Below are positions 14,101 to 24,996 of a DNA stretch of 64,000 nucleotides, piece by piece. Under the pieces are notes generated by a model. The model had not been told where the DNA came from. It searched no databases and saw only the letters and a list, made by a program, of their open reading frames with translations. A program made the translations under genes and the position numbers. Position 1 is the stretch's first letter; each line of letters opens with the position of its first letter. The stretch comes from Paragordius varius (lineage: Eukaryota > Animalia > Nematomorpha): contig OZ176056.1 in NCBI GenBank assembly GCA_964247055.1, positions 2,790,001 through 2,854,000 of the forward strand. The letters run 5' to 3'.

Positions 14101-17100
14101 CCCCTATCACTATTTTATCTTGTCTTAATTTAAATCCGGCCTTATCGAGACGACTTAATACGTTATTTAAATTGTTAATGTGCTCATTTTCCGTCCTACC
14201 AGTCACTAGGACGTCATCTAAATATACGCAAGTTCCCGGACTTTCGGCCAGCACTTGTTCCATCACTCTTTGGAAGATGATAGGTGCCGTGGCCAGTCCA
14301 AACGGCATGCGTTTGTATCTAAAAAAACCCTTATGTGTTGAGATCGTTAACAATTCTTGACACTCCTCTGCCACTGGCATCTGGAGGTAAGCATCTTTTA
14401 AATCAATTTTCGTGAATGTGATACCTTCACCTATTTTCGACACCAACTCATCAAACGTGGGAATTATGTGGGAGTCTTCTTGCAACCACTTATTAATCGT
14501 TACCCGAAAATCACTACATATTCTTAATTCGCCATTCGGTTTAAGTACATTGACCGTAGGCGTGGCCCATGTCACAGGTGTGGTGTTAGGATCAACCGGT
14601 TCTAAAATGCCTAACTTTTCTAGCCTCGTCAGCTCTTTCTCCACCTTTTCTCTTGATGGAAAAGGCACCCTGCGACATGGCCATACTTTCGGGATCGCAT
14701 TCGCTGCAATGCGAATTTTTACAGGGTCCTTATAACACCCTAACTTATTTTCGAATAAATTTTTAAAATTTTCACAAATCTCATTCAATTTAAGATAATT
14801 AACTTTAACCTGTGGCATCTCAATCTGGAATTTCGACATCCAGTCCAGTCCACAGATTAGCGGGGCCATTCCCATCGTTTTGCATAGGACACATATGTCC
14901 CCGACCATTTGTTTACCATTTAATTGGACTTTGACACTTGCCGTCCCCATCATTGGCACTGTGGTATTGTTGTACGATTTTACTGGGGGTGTCGGATGCA
15001 GCCTGGGTTTACCGATTTGCTCCCATGTGGCAAAGTTTATTACGCTGATGTCCGAACCGGTATCATATATAAAATCTTTTTTTACCCCGTTTATTACTAA
15101 TGTTATCAGTAAGGGGCTTAGCGCCTTATGACCCACGTTAACTTCCTTCGACAATTGCCTATTGAAGTGCGGTCTTTGTTTTTTGGCTACACACATTCTC
15201 GCAAAATGGTTTAGCTTTCCGCATTTGTTGCAGGATCGTCTCCAGGCAGGACACTTGTTGGGTGGGTGTGTGGTGCCGCAATATTTACATGTGGTAGAAG
15301 GTTTTATTATTGTTTGTCGATTGGATTTATTGTGTTGTAACCGATTGATATTATTATTGCTACTATATCGATTGCTATTGTTATTACTATTATTGTTATT
15401 CTGTAATCCAGCCTTAGCAGACTCATGTGCTAGTGCGAGATCTACGATTGTTTCTAGTGGAACAGGAATACCGTTTATCAAAGCATCTGGATACCTGGAA
15501 TGGATATCCATCTCTAGTTGAGGCTGTCGCAGTCCTATTACGAATGCATAACGAATACGTTGTTCTATCGCTTCAGTAAATTGAGCTTCTTCAGCTCCTA
15601 TCTTGACACGCTCAAGGAATTGGGTAAAACTTTCACCCTCGTTGCGTACCAGCCTATAAAATTCAAAACGACTTTGGAATTTTGATTTTGTCGGATTGAA
15701 TATTTTTTTGCCTGTTTCCGTGATCTCCGCCCATGTGGCGTCTTTTATTTTCTTGGGATAAAGGTGTTGGTTAATCTTTCTTACTATCATAAATCCGCCA
15801 TATGCCAATATCGTTGATTTAAGCGTTCTTTCGGTTACTGGAATATCCTTTGCCTCGAGTACGTTGCTAATGTACTCGAGGTACTCTTCAAATTTATTAT
15901 TATCGTTATATACCTTAAATCAGGGGTATCTAACACAAATGGCTTAAAGAGCTACATTTAAATTAATATATTTCAAGACAAAAGTATCAAATAAATATAT
16001 TCCTCAAACTTTATAGATGTGTTAATTTTTATATTAAATTAAAAAAAACAACCATAGAGTGAGACGCGTATCGTCCTTGTTAAGGACTTATTCATAATGA
16101 ACACAAGCGTACTCTGTCAGTATTTTAAGATTTTAAGACGAGTGATAACGAAAGAGAAAACAGAGAACTTAAGGCCTGGAGAGGGCAACCAATTGTAGTT
16201 TGATCAAGCTAATTAGCATAACTCCTTCTTATCCATCAGCCAGGATAGGGAATTTATAATTAAAATTCACAAATTTTTTGGTGGCCATTTTTATATTTAA
16301 GGGTAGGCTAATATTTACGATCTCCATATTATGTTGTTATTAAATATAAAAATGGCTTTTTCCGCCAAGATTTTTGTGAATTTTAACTAATAAATATATA
16401 AAATTTTGCTGTTAAATTGTACTTGAATGGAAAATTAAACTTTAATTTTTATAAAGATCTGCTAATGAAAGCACAATTATATAATATAGCATGATGTATA
16501 TTTTTCACAAGGACAATAAACCACCTTACTTAATCCTGCTGTACTATGTTTAGCATGCAATATTTATATATATAAGATATTAGAAAAAAATGTATGGACT
16601 ACCGAATCTTTTATAATTGTATTAAAATAAATCCGACATTCTAATATAGATCAATATTAACAATGAGCTGCTTGTTTCACCGATTTGAACATATTCTTTA
16701 CAATGACCCATGTAATGAAATGTAGTTATTTTTATATAATAATCTGCTTTATAGCACAATTCAAAAATATGGCTTTCACTACATAAATAAAAAACATTTA
16801 CCAATTCTAAATATTTTCCAATACATAATTTATAATTCCAATAATATGGGTAGTTGTAAAAGGTAACAAAGGTATGAAACCTAAAACTGAAAAGATATAT
16901 ATTCGGTTTTTTGTGTTTATATATACTATAGTGAACATAATTTGCATGATAACAATAAAATTTTCGAGTAACAAAGGATATGATATTTACATAGTACAAA
17001 AAAATATAAAAATAAGACATTGCAAATCTCACTAAAGATTATAGTATATAAACAAAACATATATTCATATGTTAAGTATTGCATTTTAAAAATGGGACTG

Positions 17101-18313
17101 GGGTTTTGAATATGGCTTTTTTACAAAATAATTAACAAAAAGTTTAGCAGTGGAAGTTTCTAAAGATTCTCAGATTGTAAAGGAAATAAATGATTCAATG
17201 AATGTGATGAAAAATAATAAAAAATATTATGAAAATTTTTGTGTAAATCAATAAAAAATTTTCAATTCCTTTTCAACACCCCTTCTTGAATGCTCGTTTT
17301 TGAGTTTTTATTTCAAATCGCTCAGAGATATACAACTCCCCCAAAATGTCATAGACTATATAAATACCACCTTTATATTATAGTTTTTTCGACAAATATA
17401 TGAATATATAAATCCTAATTCTCTATCAAAAATTAATGCGTTTACATAATTGCATCTAAAGCAATTTAACCATTCAATTTAGCTAAGGCTTGACTAAAAA
17501 CTAGGAAAAAATTTAATAACTATGAAATTATGTGAATCATTGTAGATCCAAAATTTTTGTTTAATATTAGTAATATTTATTTATATACAATTAGTTTATT
17601 CTGGCTCTGGTACAAAGGACCCTGGTTTCCAATCAAGTTATAAAAGAAAAGGTATTTGCATTTAAATGAAACAAAAGTTGCGTTTGGATTGCGTTTTTGG
17701 TTAAAAAAAGTTTTATTAAAAAAATAGTGCGGTATATGCCTATTATTATTTTGCTTTCCTCTATAACTTAGGTCAAGATGATGGGTCTGGATTACGGCGT
17801 TCTGGTTATAAGGGAAAAGGTATGTTTTTTATATAATTATGTTTTCTAAAACTAGAATATGATTTGACTGGCATACACAAAAGTTAGCATTCAAAGTTCC
17901 TTTAAAATCCTTCATAATACTCTAATGATTTAAGTCCTTATCAATAGTTTGCAGATTTTTGCTGGAAATCTTTTAGTTTATTGTTTTTAAAATGTGTAAG
18001 ACATGATATTTCCTCGTCACATATTATCTTTTAATAAAAAAATAAGATTGTAATTTCACGTGAAAGAATTTAAAAAGTTGTATGATGGCCGTTTTAAAAA
18101 ATAATTTTAATTTTAAAAACTGGGTCTTGACCTTAAATGAACAGAATAAGTGAGGGCATATTTATGATATTATAATAACATCTACGAAATGTATCATAAT
18201 GTGATTCATTAATATTAATTATTTTAACGTTTATTGATTTAAGTAGAGTTTTTTTTATATTAAAATTTTTTAACTATTTAGGTTTGTTAGATGACGAAGA
18301 TACATGGAAATGA
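82..18313 (+). CDS. Multi-exon Ig/FN3-like extracellular glycoprotein gene, copy 1 (signal-peptide exon lies upstream of the window)
   Basis: Exons 82-126, 1515-1772, 1858-2079, 2668-2922, 3382-3636, 8338-8583, 11330-11551 and 11813-12061 all have AG/GT boundaries, phase 1-1 and lengths divisible by 3, and join in frame. Tail exons 17595-17651, 17772-17819 and 18282-18313 are less certainly linked. Confidence 0.8.
1515..1772 (+). CDS. Exon: Ig-like domain 1
   Basis: ATTATAG acceptor, GTAAAT donor; W-x-LNG (CQWILNGKEI) and D-x-G-x-Y-x-F (TDGGNYTFSC) Ig motifs. Confidence 0.85.
1858..2079 (+). CDS. Exon: divergent FN3-like domain A1
   Basis: TATTTAG acceptor, GTTATT donor; clearly paralogous to exon 8338-8583 (QVNIDFS/QVTTDFS, CISNLIEEYC/CITASFEEYC). 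The FN3 fold is an inference. Confidence 0.75.
2668..2922 (+). CDS. Exon: divergent FN3-like domain B1
   Basis: TATGTAG acceptor, GTATTA donor; I-x-L-x-W (IKLCWSS) and TYCLQTVN resemble FN3 strands B and F. Confidence 0.7.
3382..3636 (+). CDS. Exon: Ig-like domain 2
   Basis: CAATAG acceptor, GTAAAT donor; WQINGTEI and NDTGTYTFVV motifs; paralogous to Ig domain 1 (KSINISVRII vs KSISINVKVI). Confidence 0.85.
3710..3899. mobile_element. Short Tc1/mariner-type MITE (same family as 12117-13102)
   Basis: TA-CATTTCAAATTCACCCTT at left, AGGGTGAATATGATTTG-TA at right. Confidence 0.5.
4172..5544. mobile_element. piggyBac-like TTAA MITE complex with internal tandem duplication and inverted partial copy (foldback)
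   Basis: TTAA-CACTTGGATACAACACATTCATTTTGGTCCTTCGATTCAAATTGGGG at 4172 is inverted at about 5020-5067, followed by TTAA. A second terminus (CACTTTGATTCAAATTGG, 4256) is inverted at about 5525-5544. About 4260-4490 repeats at about 4500-4720. Family fragments also occur near 33320 and 47380-47430. Confidence 0.75.
8129..8162. repeat. (AT)17 microsatellite
   Basis: Direct reading; (AT)34 at the duplicated site 59386-59453. Confidence 0.95.
8338..8583 (+). CDS. Exon: divergent FN3-like domain A2
   Basis: TATAAAG acceptor, GTTAAT donor; DPLVSKLYPDQVTTDFSPVVEQNQTYYVSIYEN; paralog of exon 1858-2079. Confidence 0.8.
9758..10780 (-). mobile_element. Degenerate mariner transposon remnant
   Basis: TIR-like GGTGTAGTCATAAGT at about 9760. 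The minus strand carries ATTAATTTAAACGATGCATTA...CAAAGTGATT, shared with the 21.2 kb mariner, and a decayed HPPYSPDLAPSDY motif. Confidence 0.7.
11330..11551 (+). CDS. Exon: FN3 domain
   Basis: Polypyrimidine CCTTTAG acceptor, GTAAAT donor; VNLSW...YSL...FTAYNKRG is a canonical FN3 pattern. Confidence 0.85.
11813..12061 (+). CDS. Exon: FN3-like domain
   Basis: AACATAG acceptor, GTATGT donor; ICIRAYNGDFFGP FN3 C-terminal motif. Confidence 0.8.
12117..13102. mobile_element. Tc1/mariner-type MITE (TA TSD) hosting a nested hAT MITE
   Basis: TA-CAGTTCAAATTCACCCTT at left and AAGGGTGAATTAATTG-TA at right; repeated AATTCACCC subterminal motifs. Confidence 0.65.
12313..13001. mobile_element. hAT MITE
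   Basis: TIR TAGGGTTGTGC / GCACAACCCTA; 8-bp TSD GTTAGAAC / ATTAGAAC; subterminal TGACC repeats. Confidence 0.85.
13705..13809 (+). repeat. 105-bp direct repeat, left copy (5' end of a Buster-type hAT MITE)
   Basis: Identical by eye to 15908-16012; contains the hAT-like terminus CAGGGGTATCTAACAC. Confidence 0.9.
13784..15919 (-). mobile_element. Ty3/gypsy gag-protease-RT fragment, uninterrupted ORF, truncated at both ends, no LTRs
   Basis: The frame is open from 15919 to the stop at 13784. It has zinc knuckles CKYCGTTHPPNKC and CNKCGKLNHFARMC, protease YDTGSD and RT YLDD, and stops at the RT/RNase H boundary (LSEKVFLTH); there is no RNase H or integrase. Confidence 0.95.
15908..16012 (+). 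repeat. 105-bp direct repeat, right copy
   Basis: Identical by eye to 13705-13809. Confidence 0.9.
17595..17651 (+). CDS. Micro-exon YSGSGTKDPGFQSSYKRK
   Basis: CAATTAG acceptor, AAAAG/GTATTT donor, 57 nt phase 1-1, GC-richer than its flanks. Confidence 0.65.
17772..17819 (+). CDS. Micro-exon GQDDGSGLRRSGYKGK
   Basis: AACTTAG acceptor, AAAAG/GTATGT donor, 48 nt phase 1-1. Confidence 0.7.
18282..18313 (+). CDS. Putative terminal exon GLLDDEDTWK-stop
   Basis: Long T-rich tract then TATTTAG acceptor, phase 1, TGA at 18311-18313; AATAAA at 18394 (weak evidence in AT-rich DNA). Confidence 0.55.
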
Positions 18314-19763
18314 TCAATGATAGATTCATTCGAACAAAACATTATCAATATTTAATCTAAAAATTCAATGTGATTAAATTTTATTTTATTACAAATAAAT
18401 ATGATGGGCAATTCGTTAATTATATGTAAAAAATGGTATATTTTGGGGTAAAAATATTTTTATATCAAACCGTTTATTTAACATTCGCTGACTTAAAACA
18501 TTCAAAATATTACGAGTCAAAATATATCATTTCAATTATTTTTTTGGATAAAACATATAAGGTTTTTTAAAAAAAAATTAAACATGCTTATGCGTAAAAA
18601 TTGGAAAAATACTTTGCACAGGGCCCTACCCATCGGATAATTAAAAAACCGTTTGGTTATTAAATATTTGTCTATATACAAGACATATAATCATTATCTA
18701 TTTACATTATACACAATTTATACGTTTTCCGAAACTATGCTTCAAACCCACTTCTATGCGTGATTGTTGTTAGATCATTACTCACTTGGTTTATGAAGGT
18801 ATTTGACTAAATATTTTGCCTTTATACGAAAACTTTATAAAATCTGTAAATCACTTTCCGGGTGCTTTATTGACACGTTTTTCTTAAAAAATTAATTTTA
18901 TATCGTAGAGTGCCACTACATGAAAATTAATTTTATATTTACCCATAAAGGACTTTTTTAATTTATGTGTTCTTATGTATGTTTTACATTAAATTGGTTT
19001 AAAGAATATCTTCTGGGTTTAGATAAGTAAGGGATGATATTTTACAGGATGAGGGATCAAACACTAGAGTTCTTAAAGTATTTTGTGTGAATATCTCTTC
19101 AACGTAATAAATGGCAAGATTTTTTCGTATTTTTATTACCATTTTTACGTGGCATCTAGCGGAACATAGGGTCAATTTCGAATAAGTTACAAATTAATGA
19201 GCTAAATATTATTTAAAGAATTTATGATGTAGGTCTAATATCATTTTTTTTCGATTGTAAAATATTTATTAAGTAATACTTGCGATATATTTACAAAAAT
19301 TATTTATCGACATTGGAAAGTATTAGATTATCATCACCAAGTATTGATAATTTCACACAGTCTAAATACATAAAATGTATAAATAACAACAAAAATGCAT
19401 TTTTAAAAAAATGGATTAAAACGATTTTTTATAAAACATAATATAAATTAATATAAAATTATTTTAAATAAGTAATGTCTAATTATATAGTCGATCTGCA
19501 TTCGACTTTATTCTGCGGCGGCGTTGATTTATATATAGTTTAAAAAAATTTGCATCAATCATTTTATACAATAAAAAATATTTTTTTGTCCTATAATTCC
19601 TATTGTAAAATCATTTACTAAAGCACATCTAATTCTATATCTATACCTTTGAATTATAATATTATTTTAAATGTGCACAAAATATCACATATTGGTTTAA
19701 TAAATTGGGAAAATACTTTATAACTTATCCCATAAGTTTATTACATGGTTTTACTTTTTTAGT

Positions 19764-20033
19764 CAGGGGTGTCCAATACGACCGCAAAAAGCGGCTTCTG
19801 TTTAAATTTTAATTTATATGAACAAAACTTTAATTATCTCCTGTTAATTTTTAAAACTTTGGATAAAAGTGTTATATAATAATAAACCAGAAAAGAAAGT
19901 AATGTTGATACTTTTATTAAATTTTAACCTAATCAAATAACAAATTTGTTGATTTGTATAATCAAATTTTTTACGGTCGTTTCGCTAAGTCTTAAATGCG
20001 ACCTAAAAGCCACTTGTGTTAGACACACCTCTG
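19764..20033. mobile_element. Short hAT-like MITE
   Basis: CAGGGGTGTCCAA at left, TTAGACACACCTCTG at right; no clear TSD. Confidence 0.5.
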
Positions 20034-20491
20034 ATAAAATATGTAATTATCAAATATTATATTTTTGATTTTCGAAATCTTACCTATCGGCATAACAAGT
20101 GACGAGGAAATGTGACACTTGAAACAACGTTTGAAATTCAAAAAAATTTTCGACTTGTATTACATTCCCCTTTGTATTATTAAATGTGATCTGGAGACTT
20201 GGGACATCATACGCTCCAACGGATGACATTAGGATATAATGAATTTCTCGTCCATACCAATTTAAAGCCCGTATACGATTACTAATACTCAACACAGAAT
20301 TGTTATATGGGTAATTTTGAGAAGCGTGGTGGTTTTGTTTGGTAAACATTTCGTTATTTTTTGAAACTTTGCGTCGGATGGAATGCCCGCTAAAAGTTGG
20401 GCCGCATTCTCCGTACAAACTACGCGTGGAATATAATCTACCACTTCATCACAACTATAATATATTTTGAAACAATTTTGTATCCTATATA

Positions 20492-21636
20492 CCAGATGCA
20501 GTCATAAGTTATAACCGGTTAACTAGGAGAAAATGTCGGGAAAAAGTACGCAGTCGATTAATTTAACACAGACACCATTTTGTTCATCTGACATTAAACG
20601 GTAAATGCAAACAAGTCGGGTCCGCTAAAAGCTAGTGTGTTCTTTTTATTATCATTCAGTAAATCATTCCTAATTTTGTTCCTAAAAACATTTGCGACAC
20701 ACATCGCTTTTATTTAAAGAATAAACTGTTAAAGGTTATCGTTTACTTGTTGAAACATATGGTAATGTTCCATCGATTACATGATGCGAGGTTGAGAAAA
20801 TATGATTTCAATATTGAAGAGACAACGAGCTTTGGTAGACTACAGATGTCGATAAATTACAAGAGTTATTGGATTACCCAACCCAATCTCAACGGCAATA
20901 GACAAAAGCATTTTATCAAAAAAAACTTTAAAGGCCTGCGGGCAGCGGAAAGACCAACACACTAAGTTAATGGGTCCCCCACAATTTGGATTAAGGTCAA
21001 ATCTAAAATGGCAAAAATGTCATGAAAAAGAAATTATATTTGGATTGATTTATGTAATGAAAAGTGACTTTACATTATAAATCTAAAGTCAAAGAATTGG
21101 GGCTTGCAAAGCCGGTCCATCACGCATCCAGGCCAAATCACTTGGGCAAGAAGACCATGCTCTGTGTCTGGGAGAGCGGTATTATCTATTAAGTATTGAT
21201 TCTCAGGAAACGGTTGATATACGTACAACTCTATCGCCAACAAATGATTAATTTAAACGATGCATTATGCAAAAAACGTCTGATATGGGCCAGCAGACAT
21301 GGCAAAGTGATTTTGACACATGACAATGTTGCATATCACACAGCAAAACCAGTAAACGACCCCTCAAAATCGCTTCGATAGGGTTTTCCACATCCGTCGC
21401 ACTTCCCTGACGTGTACCAATTAGCAACTACCTTTGTGTATTAATTGGGGATACGCTCAACAGGGAAGTACTTCAATAATTTGGATAAAGATAATCAATT
21501 TTTCCGACATAACATTCTTTAAATTTTGAGAGATGGGTGATATGAGAAACCGATGGACATTAGATTGAATAAAATAAATCACTTTCAATACGCATTTTTT
21601 ACCAAAAATCCGATAAAGACTTATGACCACACCAGG
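20492..21636 (+). mobile_element. Degenerate mariner (Mos1-like) transposon
   Basis: TA-flanked imperfect TIRs (CCAGATGCAGTCATAAGT / ACTTATGACCACACCAGG). Transposase fragments YRLLVETYG, RPNHLGKKTMLCVW and LYRQQMINLNDAL...ILTHDN. Confidence 0.85.
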
Positions 21637-23395
21637 TATATATCCTAGTAGGAGCTCCCTCTACGATTGATAAAGTAAAAAAGGATTCAAAAATTAAATT
21701 CTGCGGGTGTGTTCCCTCCCCCTCAGTGATTAATCCAATTGTGGCGTAAGAGACATGCTTTTTATAAGCCTCATCACCCCGAAAATAAATGTTATTTACT
21801 TAAATATTCAAAACGGGGGGATCCACTAAAGTTTATTTCATTAGATCGAAATCTTATATAAGAGCTTTAAAATAAAGTTGCACAATATCCATTATCTATT
21901 ATTATAAAAAATGTAAAATTTTAATTTTCTAAAATTATTTTTTAATTTTTTGAATATAATACCCACATGGCAAATTTCCACGCACCTCATAAGCCTCCCA
22001 TAGAGATTCATTTTGTTCGCGCAAACAGAGCTGGTTCTAATCATTATAGCAATTAGCAGAAGATCATAATTTTTGGATGCAAAAATCGAACAAAAAAATA
22101 CTTTATTTGAGAATGAGGATACTTCTTTTGTTATATGAATATTTTACGTTGATTATTTAGCGTCTTAACACGATTATTATTGACATTATTAAAATTATTA
22201 TTGCTATTAATATTTTTATTAATGTTATTTTCATTGTGACGGGTCTCACACTGATTGTAACATTGTTTCGTTTTTTCATAAACACCATCTCGTGTCAAAT
22301 TTTGTTTAACAGCCCAAAGGCCATAACAAGCGTGACAATAAGCTTGACATTTCTAAAAAAATCAAATTATTCATTTGGCCAGCTTCATAGATGCAGGAAA
22401 ATATATTATCACCTCATATTCATCCTTAAACATGTCATGTACACCCTTGGACATATCGAATCGACCCTCAAACATTTCAAATTCACACTCGAACTTAAAA
22501 ACTAAATATATTTTTATTTACAACTGGAGAGGCGTACCGAGCATTTGCGGCGCCGGGGCATAAAACTCTTATGGAGCCGCCGCTCCCCTTCTCTTTTTGA
22601 AAGCCAATAAAACAATTTATTAAAAAAATACAAACGATGCTACCTAAACACTATAGATATGACAACACAGTCAAATTAATTTAAATTTTTTGAATGACCT
22701 TTCACAGCTAGCGACAGACGTTGAAATATTTAAAAGTATTAGAAAAGCAAACCCTTAAATTGGGTAACACATCTTTGCCGTTTGAAATCATAAAAGTTAA
22801 AAGTTCTAACGGAGTTGTAGGTTTGACACCTTTTCGACTTAGGAGTAACATCCTACAATCAGAAACATCGATAAAAATATCTGTTCCATTAAAATCTTTA
22901 TTATAAAATTGCTTATAGATTTACAATTATTTTAAAATCCTTATTTTTATTGTTATTTTTATTACGTGTCAATAAATTTTTATCTTACAAAAATCCAAAT
23001 AGAATTTACACCTTTCAGCCTAAAGAATCGCTTTTCCATTTCATGTTGCAATTTATCCAATACCTGTTTCATAACACAATTAATTTCCCTTTCTGCAGAA
23101 AGAATCACTCAATCTGATTCTCCTAGGAATTTTTTGGCTTTCTAGCACGGGTTGATATAGATAAAGAAACATCCGAGTTTTCACATACTATTTTAGCTTT
23201 TTTATGGCTTCCTCGCAAAGTTGATTCCGAATATCTATAATTTAATAGTTAAGGTTTCAAAGTCCTTAAATGCTCCATTAAAATAATTTTAGAATCTTGC
23301 AATCTATATTGAACCCTATCGATTAAAAATCAAAATGAGCTACAAATTTTAGTAAAAATAATAGTTTCCAGGATTTGGTGCTGAGTCATCTAGAT

Positions 23396-24996
23396 CAGGG
23401 CTTCTTAAACTTTTGTAGTCCCGACCCTATTTATGATTGCGAGTTTCTTAACGAACCCAAATATAAAAGAAAAATATTACTTCGGAATAACACTTAGATA
23501 TTTTGTTGATAATATTAATCGGGATTATTTCGGTTTTGAGAGATTGACAAAAATTAATCTACCATTTTCTGATCCATAGTAAATTTATGCAAAATACTAG
23601 CAGGCCCGGTCACGCTTCGGTGTGGATTAGTCTCACCGATAAATATTCTTAATAATTTGCAATAAATAGAGTTAATGGAGATAAAAAATAATAATAAACA
23701 TATTTAAAAAGAATGTCTTTAATTATTACAGGTTTTTGCATAGGCTGAAATATTGTTTACTCGAAATTGACCATATTTAATCTGTCCCTTATTAAAGTTA
23801 ATATTCAACTATCATTGGATTTATTTTAAAATTTTCGTTCGAAATCATGGTTAAAAGTTCTAATTTGAAATTGTGTTCATACAGCTGGGATCAAGGGATA
23901 TAAAAAGTAAATCATTTGTAATCCCTTCTTAAAGGAAAAAATGATATTATACACAAATTCCCTAGAAAAGTGTTTAACTGAACTCGTATGGCTTTTAAGT
24001 TTTTAGAAAATTAGCTCCAAAACTACGCCTATTTTCTATGGCATCTCAGTTTTAAGCTGGTAGACCCCTACCCATGGACCTATGGAAAAAGCGCTGAGTT
24101 AAATTCCTTGACTCTGTAAGGCAAATATTTGGAATCATTTTTGATACCATCATCTCATGGTTATTCGAAAAAATACCTCAACACTAAATAATCGTTATAT
24201 GATGGCGTTTACGGTATAAAGGTCCCAAAATAAAGACCCGACCTTAATTACCTAGTTAAGGGTAATATTTTGAGCGTTTAATCTCATATGGCTTCATAAA
24301 TTTTCTGTAAATTAGCTCCAAAACAACGCAATTTCTATATGGCGCAGCTTAAGCGGCTATCTGTTTACTTAGTAGCCAATATTAAAACACGCAAGACTAA
24401 AATTTTTGCCTTTTAACAGAGAATTCGAATCTTCACTAAATTTTATCGGTCACACCCTGGGCAAAAAAATATTTAGTTTTTTTGAAAAAAATGGCATTTT
24501 ACGGGGGGAACGGGTAAAAAGCGAGCCTAAATTAAAAAAGTAAGCAGACTAGGTTCAGCGCAATCAATTAGTAAAAATAATCATATTTGAAATCGAAAGG
24601 TACAACAGGTTTTCCGGAAAATTGTCTCAAGACACGATTTTTCTGGACCTGTTTTCAAAAAAACCCGTTTTTTATACGGGGTGGCCCGAACTGAGAGCCT
24701 AATTCAAAAAAAGGGCGAAGCTATTGTCGGGGCATTCATTAATGAAATATTTTTTTGACATTTGGATTTGAATGGGTCCACCGGTTTTCCCGAAACAGAT
24801 CATAAAGGCAAATGCTAATATAAACCCTTCTGAACCAGAAGATTTTATGATAATTATCTACAATGTTATTTTTCTTTATAACAATAATTTTACAAGTTAA
24901 AAAACATTTTTTGTTAAATTGTATTATCACTCGCGACCCTATAATTTTGCTACGCGACCCCAAATGGGGTCGCGACCCATAGTTTAAGAAGCCTGG
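23396..24996. mobile_element. Nested non-autonomous hAT (Buster-type) element
   Basis: TIR CAGGGCTTCTTAAAC / GTTTAAGAAGCCTGG; perfect 8-bp TSD ATCTAGAT; the empty site is present in element B at about 39170. Confidence 0.9.
23595..24740 (+). mobile_element. Possible non-autonomous Helitron-like insert inside the nested hAT
   Basis: Starts TACTAGCAGGCCCGGTCACGCTTCG and ends near GCGAAGC...CGGGG, with an internal subrepeat (about 23960-24060 vs 24250-24360). Family assignment is by resemblance only. Confidence 0.3.

Noticed and set aside
14172-15521. Four plus-strand ORFs over the gypsy region
   Set aside because: Antisense shadows of the gag-pol ORF with no independent motifs.
13705-16012. 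105-bp direct repeats as the LTRs of the gypsy element
   Set aside because: No TG...CA ends, PBS or PPT; the repeats cut into gag and RT coding sequence and begin with a hAT-type TIR.
16457-16560. Possible kinase or transmembrane exon for the Ig/FN3 gene
   Set aside because: All phases hit stops quickly; no kinase motifs or clean hydrophobic exon were found.
20070-20115. Transib/RAG1-like LPIG..EE motif
   Set aside because: A short chance-level match, with no supporting residues before or after.
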